From NCBI GenBank assembly GCA_964016885.1, contig OZ024742.1, positions 196,292,001-196,356,000 of the forward strand: 64,000 nucleotides of DNA, in the 5' to 3' direction. The notes below the pieces were generated by a model that was given only the letters and a program-made list of their open reading frames with translations, was not told where the DNA came from and searched no databases. The stretch is from Eledone cirrhosa. Taxonomy: Eukaryota. The position numbers and the translations under genes were made by a program. Positions 37,233-51,457 of this stretch are shown in pieces (position 1 is the stretch's first letter; each line of letters opens with the position of its first letter).

Positions 37233-37799
37233 CTTTACTTTGAATAAATAATGAATGAATATTACATAATTTATGTACTGAATTTCGTAGCTGTTGATTA
37301 AATATAAATATTCTTATATATAATGATTGCTTATTTTAAGATTCACTTCTTTTAAAATTTTCAAATGTCTACACTTAAGGTTAGCGTCCGTACACTATAT
37401 CACATCACTTATATAAACATTCATATATTTACATCGTTATATAAGGTTTATATTTCTGTCACTAATTTTCTCCTTTTTCGTTTTCATTACATTTCACCGT
37501 AATGTAGTTTATATATAATATCGTCTTTTTTAAATGTATCATGGATTACTTTACTGATTACAGAAGAGAGTGTAACACAGTCTCTCTTCAATTTCTGTGC
37601 ATATTGTCAATTACGATTTTATTTGACATATATCTACATGCATGTATATTTGCATATAATATCACTATGCACACTACATATGCTAGCAGAAAACCACTGA
37701 AAGGGCTAGTATTTTTAATGAAAGACACTGCCTATGATTTAGAAATATATTTTTTTAAATAATCAAGAATTTGAAGGGATTTAATAAACTTTCTCATTA

Positions 37800-37994
37800 T
37801 TAACCCTTTAATGTTCAAACCGGCCAGAATTCTCTACCTCTTTTGGTTCAAACTGATGTTAAGGTATTGTTCTCAAAATAAATACTTTCAAAATCTCATA
37901 GATTCGATATTATATGAGATAATTATGTGAGATAAAGCCTTTACCATGAAAATATAATAGTATATTAAGAGTAATGTAAATGCTAAAGGGTTAA
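37800..37994 (-). mobile_element. piggyBac-type MITE 1 nested in MITE 2
   Basis: TTAA-CCCTTTA...TAAAGGG-TTAA. Confidence 0.88.
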
Positions 37995-38979
37995 GTTAGT
38001 GATTCGAGCATAAGTTTTTTTTGCATAAAATTATGGTGGAAGGTTTATTTAGATAAATATAAATACTTCAACTCTTTTGTTACTATACTTTTAATGAAAG
38101 ACACAAATCAACCGGCGCTACCAAAACAACAACAACATCCCCCACTACCCTAGAGAGGAGTACATCATCATCATCATACATCTGCTTATGTTGGTGGCTA
38201 TCATGGTTTCAGACCCAACAGGTCAGAGAAACCCCATCATGCTCATTGCATTCCATATTTGACATAGTTTCCCTGCTGGGATGCACTTCCAAAATGGCAA
38301 TCACCTTATAGGGTGTACTGTGTGCACTTTTTTTGTGACTCCATCACTACCATTTTAGTGTCAGCTGAGTGTATTTTAGCATAGCACCATTACTATCATT
38401 TTACAGAGTGCACTGGGTGCATTTTATTGTGGCAGATATACTGTACCTGTAATTCAAAGGGCCAGCCTTACCATACAGTCATGCTGAATCATCGTCATTG
38501 TTGTTTTAACATCTGCTTTCCCTGGTAGCAAGGGTTGGACTGAATCTCCCCGAGAACTACATTAATGGTATACATGTTTGTGGAATGCTCAGCCACTTAC
38601 GTGTTAATTTCATAAGCAGGCTGTTCTATTGACTGATCAACTAGAACACTGATTGTTGAAACTAACAGAGGTCTATTCCAGTGTAAAATTATTCTACCAT
38701 CCTTAAAAAGTAGATAACTCTTGTTTAATATGTCCCTCCATTTTTTAAGTTAGTCATGTATGATTTGAGAGAGATTTGGCTACTGTTTCTAGCTGGTTGA
38801 ATGGCAACATAGATACTCACTCCCTCATCATTAACAGTGTTATCTTAACGCTTTTGTTACCATATTTTTAATAAAATACATTGTCCATGATTTTCTCAGA
38901 CCATGACAGATCATCCAATTCATGCCAGCATAGAAAAGGGATTATGATACCACCACCACCACTACTACTACTACTAATA

Positions 38980-39199
38980 ATAATAATGGTTTCTAATTTA
39001 GGCACAAGGCCAACAATTTTAGGAGAGGGGAAGTCGATTAAATCATCCCCAGTGCATTACTGGTGCTTTATTTTATCAACCCTGTAAGGATGAAAGGCAA
39101 AGCTAACCTTGTCAGGATTTGAACTCAGAACGTAAAGGACCGTAACTATGCTGCAAAGTAAGTGTCTGATGCTCTACCAATTCTGCCAATCCACTGCCC
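38980..39199 (-). mobile_element. SINE family 1 (older variant)
   Basis: Homology to the family consensus seen in the window. Confidence 0.8.
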
Positions 39200-40016
39200 T
39201 ACTACTACTACTACAATTAATAATAATACCTTATGACATTATCTGGATGACAATTGACTGTAAAATGTGTGCATTATCAAATTTTGCCTCAGGTGTCAGG
39301 TTGACACTCGGCATGATTTGGGGAAGTAGCAGAATTCAAAGGAAGTTTCAAATAATAATAATAATAATGAACACTTTAAACGAAACAGCTTTGTATTACA
39401 GGACCATGATTGGTTTCAGGTGGTTTAATATCAACATTTTTAGTGAAACAGGTCAGTGATCATTTTTAAAAATCTTTTGTTTAAATTTCTACTGAAATTT
39501 ATTACTATTTAAATTAATTTTGAAAATATTTGAAAATATAGAGGAATAATAAAATTTCTAACTTTTAATTAGTAAAGCTGATGTTTGGAACATTACTTAA
39601 CAGAAAGTTCTTAAATAAGATTTTGATGGAAGGTTTTACTATAAGTATGAACATTTTAAAATGGGTAGTTTTGTATTATTGAATCAGGACAGTTTCAGGC
39701 AGGTTGTCATCAAAAAGGTTAAGGATTAGAAAGTAGTGTGGTTTTTCAACCTGCTAGAAATATCAGCTAACTTTCTTTTAAATTAGACCTTACCATCTCA
39801 CCAAAGAACGACATATAGTACAATATAGTCCTAGATACACTACACAGGATAATAATTTGTGGTTAGAACACCTGCTGATGAAATAGGATGAAATAGTATT
39901 AACATGATTTTAATGAAATGGACTACTGTTAGTTTTTGACAATGAGTGTTTCAGTTGTTTGATCAACAGAACAGCTTGATCATAAAATGAACATGTAAGT
40001 AGCTGAGTATTCCATA

Positions 40017-40199
40017 TCATCATCATCGTTTAATGTCTATTTTCCATGCTGGCATGAGTTAGACGGGTTGTCACATTTGAGGTAAGTTGGGTTGGGTAAC
40101 CGTGTCTTGCTCATACAGAACTGTTTCTGGCTTCTGTATGAACAAGACACGGTCACCTGACTTGACTTACCTCGAATGTGACAACCTATCTAACCCATA
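40017..40199. mobile_element. Inverted pair of RTE 3' ends forming a hairpin
   Basis: ggttgtcacatttgaggtaagt..cgtgtcttgctcatacagaa / ttctgtatgaacaagacacg..acttacctcgaatgtgacaacc. Confidence 0.8.
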
Positions 40200-41775
40200 A
40201 TTCTAAAGGAGAGTCAACATAGCAGTATGTGACAACTTAGGCCCTTTGAATTACAGGTACAGTCTATCTGATGGGCTTCCAAACATTTACCAATTTCACT
40301 CAGACATGGTTTAATGCAAGGCTATGGTAAACAGCACTTGCACAAGATGCCACACAGAGGAATCAAACCTGGGACCAAATTAAGAATTTGCTGCATCTAC
40401 ATGAGTTGAATGAAGAAAAGACAAACACCCACACAGAAGCACATCCATACATACATGCATATGGATAACAACACCTACACAGAGGCACATCCACACACAC
40501 ACACACACATATGGATAACAACACCCACACACACACACTCACGCATATGTGGATAAGAACACCCACATACACTCACACATATGTGGATAAGAACACACAC
40601 ACATGGATAACAACAACCATATACATCTACACAAATGTTTGGCGTCTTTATGTTTCTGTGTAAAAAGAAACAAATAAATACTAGAAAGAAAGACATGCAT
40701 ATGAGAGTGTCTGTCTTGGAGTTGTCTGCTTTAATCCTTTCATTGCCATAATTCGAGAATGACAATCCCTATGATTTTCAAATAATTCAGAAAATAATCA
40801 AGAATTTGGAGAGAGGTAATAACATATCTCTCTCATAATTAATCTGGTGTATGGAATGTAACTGAAAACAGGTTCATACATAAAATTATGATGGAAGTTT
40901 TTAGATAAATACATACACTTTAAAATCAAGCAGTTTTGTATTGTGGAACCAAGGTAGTTTGGTATCAAAAAGGTTAACTCTTATAGCATATTTCTAATTT
41001 ATGACACTGCCTATAATTTTCAAATGATATAAAAAATTACATGTCTAATCCACCCAACAGGCTTCCAAACAGTTTCTTCTATCTACCCAATTTTACTCAC
41101 AAGGCATAGATCAACCTGAGGCTATGATAAATCACACTTAACTCAATAATGTTTTTTACATAAAATTATGATGGAAGGTTTTTAGATAAATATAAACACT
41201 TCAAAACAAATTTCAGTATCGGAGATCCAGAGGTGTTTTTAGTCAGTTTAGTATCAAAAAGGTTAAAATGCTTGTGTTGTTTCAGTATTTTTTATATAAA
41301 AAAATGTTTCATAATGTTGTCGACATCTCTGGCATTTATAGATTGTATTTCCTTCATGTAAAACCTTAGAAAAAGATTCTGTAGAGCAACAACACTACAA
41401 TTATATTCTTTGCTGTCAGTTATAATCAACATTTCCATAATGTAAGCTACTAATTAAATTAACTAACTATAAGCCTCGTTATTTACAATTGCCAGTACAT
41501 GTTCTTTAATGTTTAAACAGGCCATGTGTGAGAAAGAAAAGTTGAAAGTTGGTAGGTTTTAGCTCTCAGCTGGTTCCATCTAAACATGTCAGTAGCTTTG
41601 TACATTTACTGAGAATATTCTGGAAATAATTCCTCACATTTTGCAGATAAAGTTTATGAGTCTTTAAACAATTATTTCTACAAAGTAAATCCTTCATATA
41701 ATGGGCCAACAAGTCTGTTAATGTAGAAAGTTAATGTTCAAATCAAAGCTAGGCAGAAGGTTATTTTTATTGGCT

Positions 41776-41985
41776 TTAACCCTTTAGCATTTAAACCAGC
41801 TGTATCTGACCAGAATTCTCTGACCTCTTTCTGTTCAAACTGGCTGTAACCGGCCACTCATACCGACATTAAGGTATTGTTCTCAAAATAAACAATATTA
41901 AAACATCATAGATTCAATATTATGTGAAATAAAGCCCTGAAAATACAATAGTAAATATAGAGTAATGTAAATGCTAAAGGGTTAA
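41776..41985 (-). mobile_element. piggyBac-type MITE 1
   Basis: TTAA-CCCTTTAGCATTTA...TAAATGCTAAAGGG-TTAA with perfect 14-bp TIRs. Confidence 0.92.
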
Positions 41986-42867
41986 TGATGTTGTTCATGC
42001 TGTGTTGAATATATCTTGGTGACAGCACACCACCAAACAAAACTTTATGGACACCCAGACCTTGTTATCTGGGAAAGAAGGATGTATTTTGCTGGACACT
42101 GCTGGAGAAGCAAGGAAGAAGTTGTTAGTAATGTACTGCTGTAGAACTCCACCCATAGGCATAGCATGGTCAGTTGACCATGTAAGAACTACATCAACTA
42201 ACTTTGTCATGATACAATGTGCACTGTAGAAAATCTTTCAAGAGCAATGGATGGTCAAGATGGCAAGAAGGAACAAGTCAGGAGTATTTATGCAACCAAC
42301 ACAACCAGATGATGTTTTTACTGTTATTGTTGTTGTTACTATTGTCATTATTCTTACAGCTGTTCATGTTACTATTGTTATTGTTACTGCTGCGGCGGTG
42401 GTGGTGGTTGTTGTTATTGTTATAGTCGTCACCAATATAAAAACATCACTAATCCATTTTTGCTGTAGTTATTGTTCTTATTCTAGCTATTGTTGTAGCC
42501 ACCAATATAAACAACTTCAGTAACCTGTTAGCTTTGTTGTTGTGGTTGTCGTTACTGTTGCAGTTATTGCCTTTATTGTTGTTGCTTTTACTGTTGTCAC
42601 CAATATAATCCATCTCAATAAGCCATCTTGTTTCTATTGTACCCACCAACATAAACCAGGTCAGTTATTGTTGTTATTACTGTACTCATCAACATAAACC
42701 AACTCACTAATTCTTTGCATTACATCTAATTAGAAAGACCTATACATTTTTTTTTGGGGGGGGGGGGGGGAGACATCCTCTAGTTCTTCCTGTTGATACC
42801 AATGACAACATCCCTAAATACTATTATCTGCTAATGATCATCATGAAGATAATTATTATTATAAATT

Positions 42868-43992
42868 AAGTCAACATGACAAAGACTAAGGTCCTTGTAA
42901 GTAGACGAGAAAACAGAACCCAGATCCCCTCAGGGAAATGGCCTTGCTCCTTATGTAGGAAAGGTGTAGGTAGGAACTCCATTCTCTGCCCCAAATGCAA
43001 ACAATGGGTACACAAGAGATGTAGCGGGATCTCAGGAAGCTTAATTAAGAATGTAGGCTTCACATGCAGCAGCAAACAGCCACAGGAAACAAGTACCACC
43101 AAACTCTGGGAGGGCTCTGTAGAGACAGTAGACAGCTTCTGCTACCTAGGTGACCGAATTAGCAGTGGAGGTGGGTGTTCAGAAAGTACAATAACTAGGG
43201 TAAGAACGGGATGGAAGAAGTTCAGGGAGCTACTGCCACTGCTAGCTGCAAAAGGCTTCTCCCTCAAAATGAAAGGCAGACTGTATGATGCATGTATCCG
43301 AATAGCAATGTTACATGGTAGTGAGACCTGGGCGCTGAAGGTGGAAGACTTACGTAGATTAGAGAGAAAAGAAGCCTGCATGCTCCGATGGATGTGTAAC
43401 AGTAATATACGTGAACAACAAAGCATAAATGAATTGAGAGAGAAACTGAGCATAAGAGGAATCAAATGCTGTGTGCAGGAGAGGCGGTTGCGTTGGTATG
43501 GACATGTGATGCGTATGAAGGATGACAGCTGTATAAAAAGGTGCAGAGCACTAGAAGTCGATGGAAACCGCGGAGTGGGGAGATAACCTGGGATGAGGTG
43601 ATAAAAGCCGACCTTACCCAATTACACCTCTCAAAGGCGATGACACACGACCGTGACCTCTGGCGTCACGCAGTAATACAGAGTACCCAACCTCCCATGG
43701 GTACAAGCTGAAGCATATAGACAATATGCCCCCACACCCTCCCACTGCAAGGTGGTCGTGGAGGTGCCACGGCAAAAAAGCATCCAGCCCACACTGTAAA
43801 GTGGACATGTAGGCGCCACGAAAAAGCACCCAGCACTCACTGTAAATGAGCATCCAGCTGTAGAAATTAAGCCAAATCAGTTCCTGTATGAGCAAGGCAT
43901 GGTCAGCCAACCAGACACTGCCCACAACAGGACAACCCGTCTAACCCATGCTAGCGTGGAAGAACGGATGTAAAACGGTGATGATGATGATG
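42868..43992 (+). mobile_element. RTE LINE subfamily A, 5'-truncated
   Basis: ORF 42876-43586 with a partly deleted PHD; 3'UTR and (GAT)n tail. Confidence 0.95.
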
Positions 43993-44282
43993 AATTAACT
44001 AACTGCATATATAGAGCATTGATAATTAGAACAGTAATTATGTTTTGTTTTAACCCATGCAGAGCAGAACATATGTTTCAAAGAGGATAGATTTATATTA
44101 ACTGCTAGAAATAGCAACCAAACTTCCCTTTTACCCTACCCAGGAGATCTGTAAACTATGGTCCAAGGGCCAAATCTGACTAGCAGCATCATTTCATCTG
44201 ATCCATGGACTTCATTCTGTTATTGTAATATGGTTATAACTCTAATGTGTTATTTTTACTGTATCTTTCATATACCTCATTG

Positions 44283-44485
44283 TACAAGGGTTGGCTTAAA
44301 AGTTCATAGGCTAACAATGAAGGAGTGATGGTAAAGCTGTGAAATCTTGCATGCATTAATTTTCAACTTTTCTTATTAATAACTACAATGCTTCTTTCCA
44401 GAGACTATGTTGAAAAATAAACCCCATTTGGTCATTCCCATGAAAGTATCTTGGTCAGCCTACAAACTTTTCAGGTGACCCTCGA
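44283..44485. mobile_element. Mariner-type MITE, degenerate
   Basis: Imperfect TIRs caagggttggcttaaaagttcataggctaac / ggtcagcctacaaacttttcaggtgaccctcg. Confidence 0.55.
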
Positions 44486-44864
44486 AGGTTGAATTTTGGA
44501 GCCTGCTCTGGTTTAGCAAGAGAAATATATTTTGTTAAAGCAATTACGATTCTAATTTATTCAACAAATTTTATTTGGATTATATAATACTTACATATTT
44601 AAAAAAAAAGAAAGAGTACAAAACTTGATGTCATTTTGCCTTTTATCCTTCCCAGACTCATAAGATAAAGTATCAGAAGACTATAGGCCCAATTTCACTG
44701 AATTTCTGTCCGCCAAAAAAATTACTGGCCTCAAGTCTAATTAAGAAAATGTTATTAACACTTAACATCCTGTACCACAAGAAACCACATTAGCAAGATA
44801 TCCCTGTAAAATACAAAACAGCACTATCACCACAACACATTAAAAATTTAAGTCTTTATTCCAA

Positions 44865-45461
44865 TACTGTAAATTTTTTATGGCGACACGACAAAAAGCA
44901 TCCAGCCCACATTATAAAGGGGTTGTGATGGCGACATGACAAAAAAGCACCCAGTTCACACTGTAAAGTGGTCGTGATGGAAACATGACAAAAAGCGCCC
45001 AGCCCACACTGCAAAGTGGTGTGATGGCGACACAGCAAAAGGCACCCAGCCAACACTGTAAAGTGATCGTGTAGGTGTCATGACAAAAAGCACCCAGCCC
45101 ACACTGTAAAGTGGTCATGTAGACATCACAACAAAAAACACCCAGCTCACATTGCAAAGTGGTCGTGTTGGTGACAACAAACAGCACCCAGCCCACACTA
45201 AATTGGTCATGTAGGTGTCACACCAAAAAGGACCCAGCCCACACTATAAAGTGGATGTGTGGGTGTCATGACAAAAAGCACCCAGTACTCACTGTAAATA
45301 TGGTTGGTGTTAGGAAGAGCATCCAGCTGTAGAAACCAAGCCAAAATCAGTTCCGTATGAGCAAGACATGGTCACCTGACCAGGCATTTCTCGCAACAAG
45401 ACAACTTGCCTAACCCATGCTAGCGTGGAAAATGAACATTAAACGGTGATGATGATGATGA
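44865..45461 (+). mobile_element. RTE 3'UTR with an expanded ~44-bp internal tandem array (about 10 units) and (GAT)n tail
   Basis: Units aaaaagcacccagcccacactgtaaagtggtcgtg.. followed by a standard RTE terminus. Confidence 0.88.
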
Positions 45462-45525
45462 ACCAATACTGTATGTATTCTTCCAATGCTCTAACAATTC
45501 TGCCAATCCTCCACCACATTAAGAG

Positions 45526-45648
45526 TTAATAATTGTTTCTACTTTTGGAACAAGGCCAGCAATTACCCAGTGTATTACTGGTACTTTATTTTATCGACCC
45601 CGTAAGGATGAAAGGCAAAGTTAACCTCGGCGGGATTTGAACTCAGAA
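45526..45648 (-). mobile_element. SINE family 1, 5'-truncated
   Basis: Family match; ttaataat on both flanks. Confidence 0.85.
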
Positions 45649-47204
45649 TTAATAATAGTTATTAATAAGGATATTTGTCTAAAATTCTTGATTATTTTCA
45701 AAATGAATTGAAACAGACAATCTGTATTTCATTAGCAATAATGGTAATGAGAGGGGTAATAATATTTACAGGGGCCCAGCCAAAACTAATGTACCTGCTG
45801 ACACCATGGTGCCACATTCTTCATTTACTTTGCTACAGTCATTCTTTGATGATTCTACATAAAACAGACTATATTTACCTTGTTTCATCTAGCTTACATC
45901 TTTTCTGAATTTACTGCCATACATAATATTGCTTCTGACATAACCCATTATATTCATTGGTCTTGTTATACACACACAGATGGTAGAGGCTATGTATGTG
46001 AGGAAGGAAGAGGGGGAGGTGTATCAAAGTGTATGTGTATGGGTGTGTATCTGTCTGTGTGTGTGTGTTGGGGGGAGCTATATCTGTGTATGTGTCTATA
46101 TCTGTATGTGTGTGAGTGTTTTTCTGTGTGTGTGTGTGTGTGTTTGTGTAGCTACACATGTGTGTATGTGTATCTGTGGAGCTATATCTGTTTGTGCATC
46201 TGTATGTGTAAGTGTTTATTACGAAAAGAAGCAGTAGAAACTTTATACATAAATTTTATATAAGAATATATAATATTTATTTTTTTAACCGTTTGGATAC
46301 CAAATCATTTGAAACTGCTCCTGGTTCTACAATACAAAGCTGTTTATTTTAAAACGTTGATATTTGTCTAAAAACCTTCCATCAAGATTTCATTTAAGAA
46401 CCTTTAAGGTATATTCTACACTCCTAACTTAATAGGAAAGTTATATTACTAAATCACTCAAAATGCCTGATTTTCAAAATTATTTGAAAAACATAGGTAG
46501 AGTCTTTCCTTAAAAATATGTTAATGAAAAAGTCAAACATGTTATATAACAGACTATTGAGTATATTAAATTATTATAAAAATATATATTTAGCATTAAT
46601 CCTTTTTATTATAAACCTGCATAACACTATGAAACAAAACTAACCATCTTAACCTTTAAGTTACCAACCCGGCCAAAACTGGCTTTGACTATGAAATAAA
46701 ACCACCCATTTTAAATGTTTCCAATTTAAATTAAAATCTTCCAACATGATTTTATATAAGAACCTTATATTAAGTTACTACCTTAGTAATGAAATAATAA
46801 TTTTGGCAAATCCCTCAAAATTCTTCATTAATTAATTAAATTAGAATGTATTTTATTGGAAAAACCGTCATGAAAGGGTTAAAGGGTTCCTATTAAAATT
46901 AAAACCTTCCAACATAATATTTAACATAAGGTTCTTATAGAAAAGTGTTACAAATACCATCTTCATAATAAAATAACACTAGTAAATCCCTCTAAATACA
47001 GAGTGCATTTCATTAGAAATATGGTCACAAAAGGATTAAACTAAAATATTTTTAGAGGTAATACATAGGTACTGTATATACTCAAATATAATCTGACTTC
47101 CTAAGTTGAGGCAGTTAATCAACATATGTTTAAATGGCACTTTCTGGCTGTTTTCAAGGTCATATTCAATCAAAAAACACAAAAAACAATAGAAAAATAA
47201 ATTC

Positions 47205-47470
47205 CCATCCAAAGTGAAACCAGTGTAATATTCACCTCCAAAGTGAAACCGGTGTAACATTCACCTTCAAAACTAAACCAGGTGTAGCATTCACCTTCAA
47301 AACTAAACCAGGTGTAACATTCACCTCCAAAGTGAAACTGGGTGTATGTGTTGGTGTCAGGAAGGGCATCTGGCTATAGAAATTAGCCATGAATAAGGTA
47401 GGTTGTTAAAAGATAGAAAGGTCCAACCCTTGCCAACATGGAAAATGGATGTTCAATGCTGATGATGATG
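47205..47470 (+). repeat. ~27-bp tandem repeat (5 copies) fused to an RTE terminal segment
   Basis: attcacctccaaagtgaaaccggtgtaac units, then gttggtgtcaggaagggcatc..gatgatgatg. Confidence 0.8.
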
Positions 47471-47859
47471 TGTATATAGGAACCTAAAAAACAACATTAG
47501 CATATCGTTTCCACATTTTATTTAATTCCATCAACATACACTATACGCTCATCATATGTTCACTTTCTCATGATACTTTAGATGAGTACCAATTATCTCT
47601 AATTAGTTCTTAATTACCTTAATCTCATCAGTTACACAGATTTTATTAGTCACGGTTTCCTTCAGATTAGTCTTAACTTCACAAAATTTTATTTCAGCTT
47701 ATTTATTATGCTGAACTTCTTAATTTAAAAAAAATTCCTCTGGACATAATTAATTGATCATATTCCGATTTAATAAGTGAACCATTCTCAATTGATTTCC
47801 TACAGAGCTATCAAGTTATTTCACCTATTATATATATGTGCACACATACACATGGTGGT

Positions 47860-48330
47860 GGTGGTGATTGCTTCATTGCCATCTCCCTATGCACCCCCAT
47901 CAACAACTCATAACGTCCGTTCATGGCCTCTTAGGTGGCTTTTAAGTTCATCTTCAGATTTGCACGGTCTGCAGCAAAAGTGACAGACAAAAGATGTTTC
48001 CTCTAATGGGTTGATTAGATCAGTTTGTGGGATGTCATCCTTATGTACCCTCATATGCCTTTTAAGACCAGAAATTGATTTGCAGATTTTTAGACACACC
48101 ACGCATGTTGTCTCACCTAGTATTGGAGGGATAATGCTACATACTGTTTGCTTTTCATGCAATTTTAAATGAGTAATGTACCCAGATTTAGAGAGCAGTA
48201 GACATATACATACAACTACATGAAATGAAAAGTGAAATTTACAGCTCACACCTATACAGATTTAGCTGGCCTCCTACAAGGTTGCATACCAAAGGAGGTT
48301 TCTCAGATGTTTTAATGATAGAGGTCCCAG
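47860..48330 (-). mobile_element. RTE/BovB-like LINE C-terminal fragment with tandem C2H2 zinc fingers
   Basis: CVVCLKICKSISGLKRHMRVH and CHFCCRPCKSEDELKSHLRGH; the upstream LLSKSGYITHLKLH parallels the ORF at 18566-19204; ends in a short repeat tail. Confidence 0.6.
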
Positions 48331-48504
48331 TTCTATCATGAAAAGAAACAAGTACCTTGTTCATGAGTACAACATGCTGTTCAGTCCAAGAATCAAACCC
48401 AATACATTATGTTCATGAGACCAACACTCTAAACATTAGGTTATCTATCTGTCTGTCTGTCCATGTGTGTGTATGCATTAGTACTGTTAAAGAGCCAACA
48501 ATTA

Positions 48505-48688
48505 ATTTACATTACTCTATATATATTTTCATGGTAAAGGCTTTATCTCACATAATATCGAATCTATGAGATTTTGAAAGTATTTATTTTGAGAACAATA
48601 CCTTAACATCAGTTTGAGCGACCAGTTACAGCCTGTTTCAACAGAAGGAGGTAGAGAATTCTGGCCGGTTTGAATATTAAAGGGTTAA
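48505..48688 (+). mobile_element. piggyBac-type MITE 1 (left end lost)
   Basis: Family match; ends AAAGGG-TTAA. Confidence 0.8.
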
Positions 48689-50176
48689 CATTTTTTAAAT
48701 TAAATTTTTCTCATTTTCTTGCAAATCCTTTTGCAGTTCATTAAGAACAACAACATTCCTAAATTCCTAATGTAATTATTGTTTCTAGGCTTTCACAATT
48801 ACATCATCAGGAGTGTTGGCTTAGTTTTATAGCATCTTTCATTGCAGTTGTTCCAATTACATATACAGTCCATCTGATGGGCTTTCACATGGTTTCCATC
48901 TACCCAACATCCCTCATAAGGCTTCAGCTGACTTGAGGTAAAGGTAAAAACACTTGCCCAAGATGCCACTCAGTGGGATCAAACCTGCAGCTTTATGATT
49001 ATGAAGCAAACTCTTTAATCCCTTGGCCATGCTGCATTCTTTGAAATACAGAATGATAATTGAAGGGTGAAGAAATGCCAAGAAATCTCAGTGGAAGGAA
49101 GCTGCAGTAGAGGTAAACCAAGAAAAGCCTGGGTGGAGGTGGCAAGAGCTGATCTCAAATCACAGACTCACAGCGGAGATGAAGGAAGTGAGTAATGAGA
49201 TGCTGTGTTGAAAAGAATCTATCCAACCTATGCAAGCAGGGGAAAAAAAATGGACATAAAAATGATGATGATGATGATGATATATAGCTTTTACTGTAAC
49301 TTCACAAACAAAGTATACATTTAATTTAGCACACAGTCTCACTGTTGTTGTTATATAACTAAAGTACATTAGCTCCTGTTGTTGTTGTTGTTGCTGTCTT
49401 AGAATTATCAATTAAAAAACTATGAAGTTAATTAATGAAACATCTCAATAGTGAAGTAGGACATTAAAACACACTCAGTGTCTGTAGAATTTGTTGACTA
49501 TCGCTGATATACTGCTGAAACAAGAGCAAATCTATAACACTTGAGATAGGCTACATTATATTATTATTAATATTATTATTATTGTCATATCTAAGCCGGA
49601 TCTGGCTATCGACAAAGTCTATCATGAAGATCACCCCACAACCCTCCTTTAATGGGGAAGGGCAAGCAGTTTTCCTGTCTGGTTACTATGGCAAAAGAGG
49701 ATGTGTAGTGGACAAAGCTGAAAGGACTGAAGACAGACACATTCCTCTTTGGTCAAGCTATTGCCAACGTTTTCAAGTTTCACCTGAAAAGAAAGGTGTG
49801 GGTGCAGAGGAAGATGATCTCCTTCAGTAAGTTTACCAAAAAGATGGATGAAAGTAGTAAAAATAGCAAGAGTGAATGCTTCTACTCTCAGCTTGTGCCT
49901 AATAACTACCGGGAGAAGGCACTTGGCTCTTGTAGCTAGGGTGATTATGGATCTGTGGTGTTCTTCAGTTAGCCTTAAGTATTCAGCTCTCTGTACCAAG
50001 ACTGAACGTCTTATATAATTTTATACTATGTTTACTTATCAATCACCCACATAGAGGCCCCCATCCATAGTTTCATCAACAGTCCAACATCTTAACTATT
50101 AATGTTTTGAGCTACATGAAATCACATTAGCAAGACATTCTTGAAAAGTTAAAAACAACACTATGACTGCATCACA

Positions 50177-50388
50177 TTAACCCTTTAGCATTCACATTAC
50201 TCTATATATACTATTATATTTTCATGGTAAAGGCTTAACCTCGCATAATTATCTCAATATTGAATCTGAGATTTTGTAAGTATTTATTTTGAGAACAATA
50301 CCTTAACATCAGTATGAGTGGCCGGTTACAGCCAGTTTCAACAGAAAGAGGTAGAGAATTCTGGCCGGTTTGAACATTAAAGGGTTAA
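50177..50388 (+). mobile_element. piggyBac-type MITE 1
   Basis: TTAA-CCCTTTA...TAAAGGG-TTAA. Confidence 0.9.
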
Positions 50389-50679
50389 ATATTAAAATCT
50401 TTGCTCTAATATTGCAAATTTTCACAACAATCAGGCCACCAGTAAAGATATTATAATCATTTAAATTAAACTCATTGGGAGATATTTTCTGTGAAATCAT
50501 TACAGGATGTAAAGAATTAAGTCTGACTTACTAACAACATGTATAGACCATAACAACTACATCTGTCGACCACAATAACAACTACAACTGTTATACCAAC
50601 ATATATTAACACCAACAACAAGTTACACTTACAAACAACAACTACAGCTGTTATACCTAAAGACACTAACAGCTGTTAC

Positions 50680-50992
50680 ATCTGTAGACAACAACAATTA
50701 TCTCTGTAAACTACAACAACCACTACATCTGTATACAACAACAACCACATCTTCAGACAACAACAATTATCTCTGTAAACTACAACAACCACTACATCTG
50801 TATACAATAACAACCACAATTACATCTTCAGACAACAACAATTATCTCTGTAAACTACAACAACCACTACATCTGTATACAACAACAACAACCACAATTA
50901 CATCTTCAGACAACAACAATTATCTCTGTAAACTACAACAACCACTACGTATACAACAACAACCACAATTACATCTTCAGACAACAACTACA
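50680..50992. repeat. ~70-80-bp CA-rich tandem repeat, 4 copies
   Basis: gacaacaacaattatctctgtaaactacaacaaccactacatctgtatacaac.. repeated. Confidence 0.9.
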
Positions 50993-51413
50993 ACAGTTGC
51001 ACCTACAAATAGCAACAACAAATATCTGTAAAGTGCAACAACAACTAGATGTGGAGACAACGATAACAACAACTACAACATCTGTAGACAATGATAGAAG
51101 AATATTAGCTACTGTGTGAGACTAGATTAAAGGTAATTACTTAAGATGAAGTTCTCTTTTCATTAAGAGAGCCACCAATTAATGATGACTTAAGTAAGAC
51201 CAGTGATCTTAAGTCATCACTTTGATTGATATGACATCAAATCATATTATCTCACAATCTCTTACTACACATATCATTTATTCTGCTGTTACTATTACTG
51301 TAGCTTAATTAAGAACCTAACCAATTTAATGACACTGAACCATCATTAAATCATCAAACTGTCAGATGAACAACAGTGGAGGGATTTTTTTTTTGCCAAA
51401 TCTTCACAAGCTG

Positions 51414-51457
<44 letters not shown>

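Noticed and set aside
45795-45854. 60-nt minus-strand AG..GT-bounded open segment (SSKNDCSKVNEECGTMVSA)
   Set aside because: No recognisable homology or partner exon; expected by chance.
47908-48249. C2H2 zinc-finger host gene
   Set aside because: Lacks TGEKP linkers and parallels the C-terminus of the BovB-like RTE at 18566-19204, so it is better explained as a LINE remnant.
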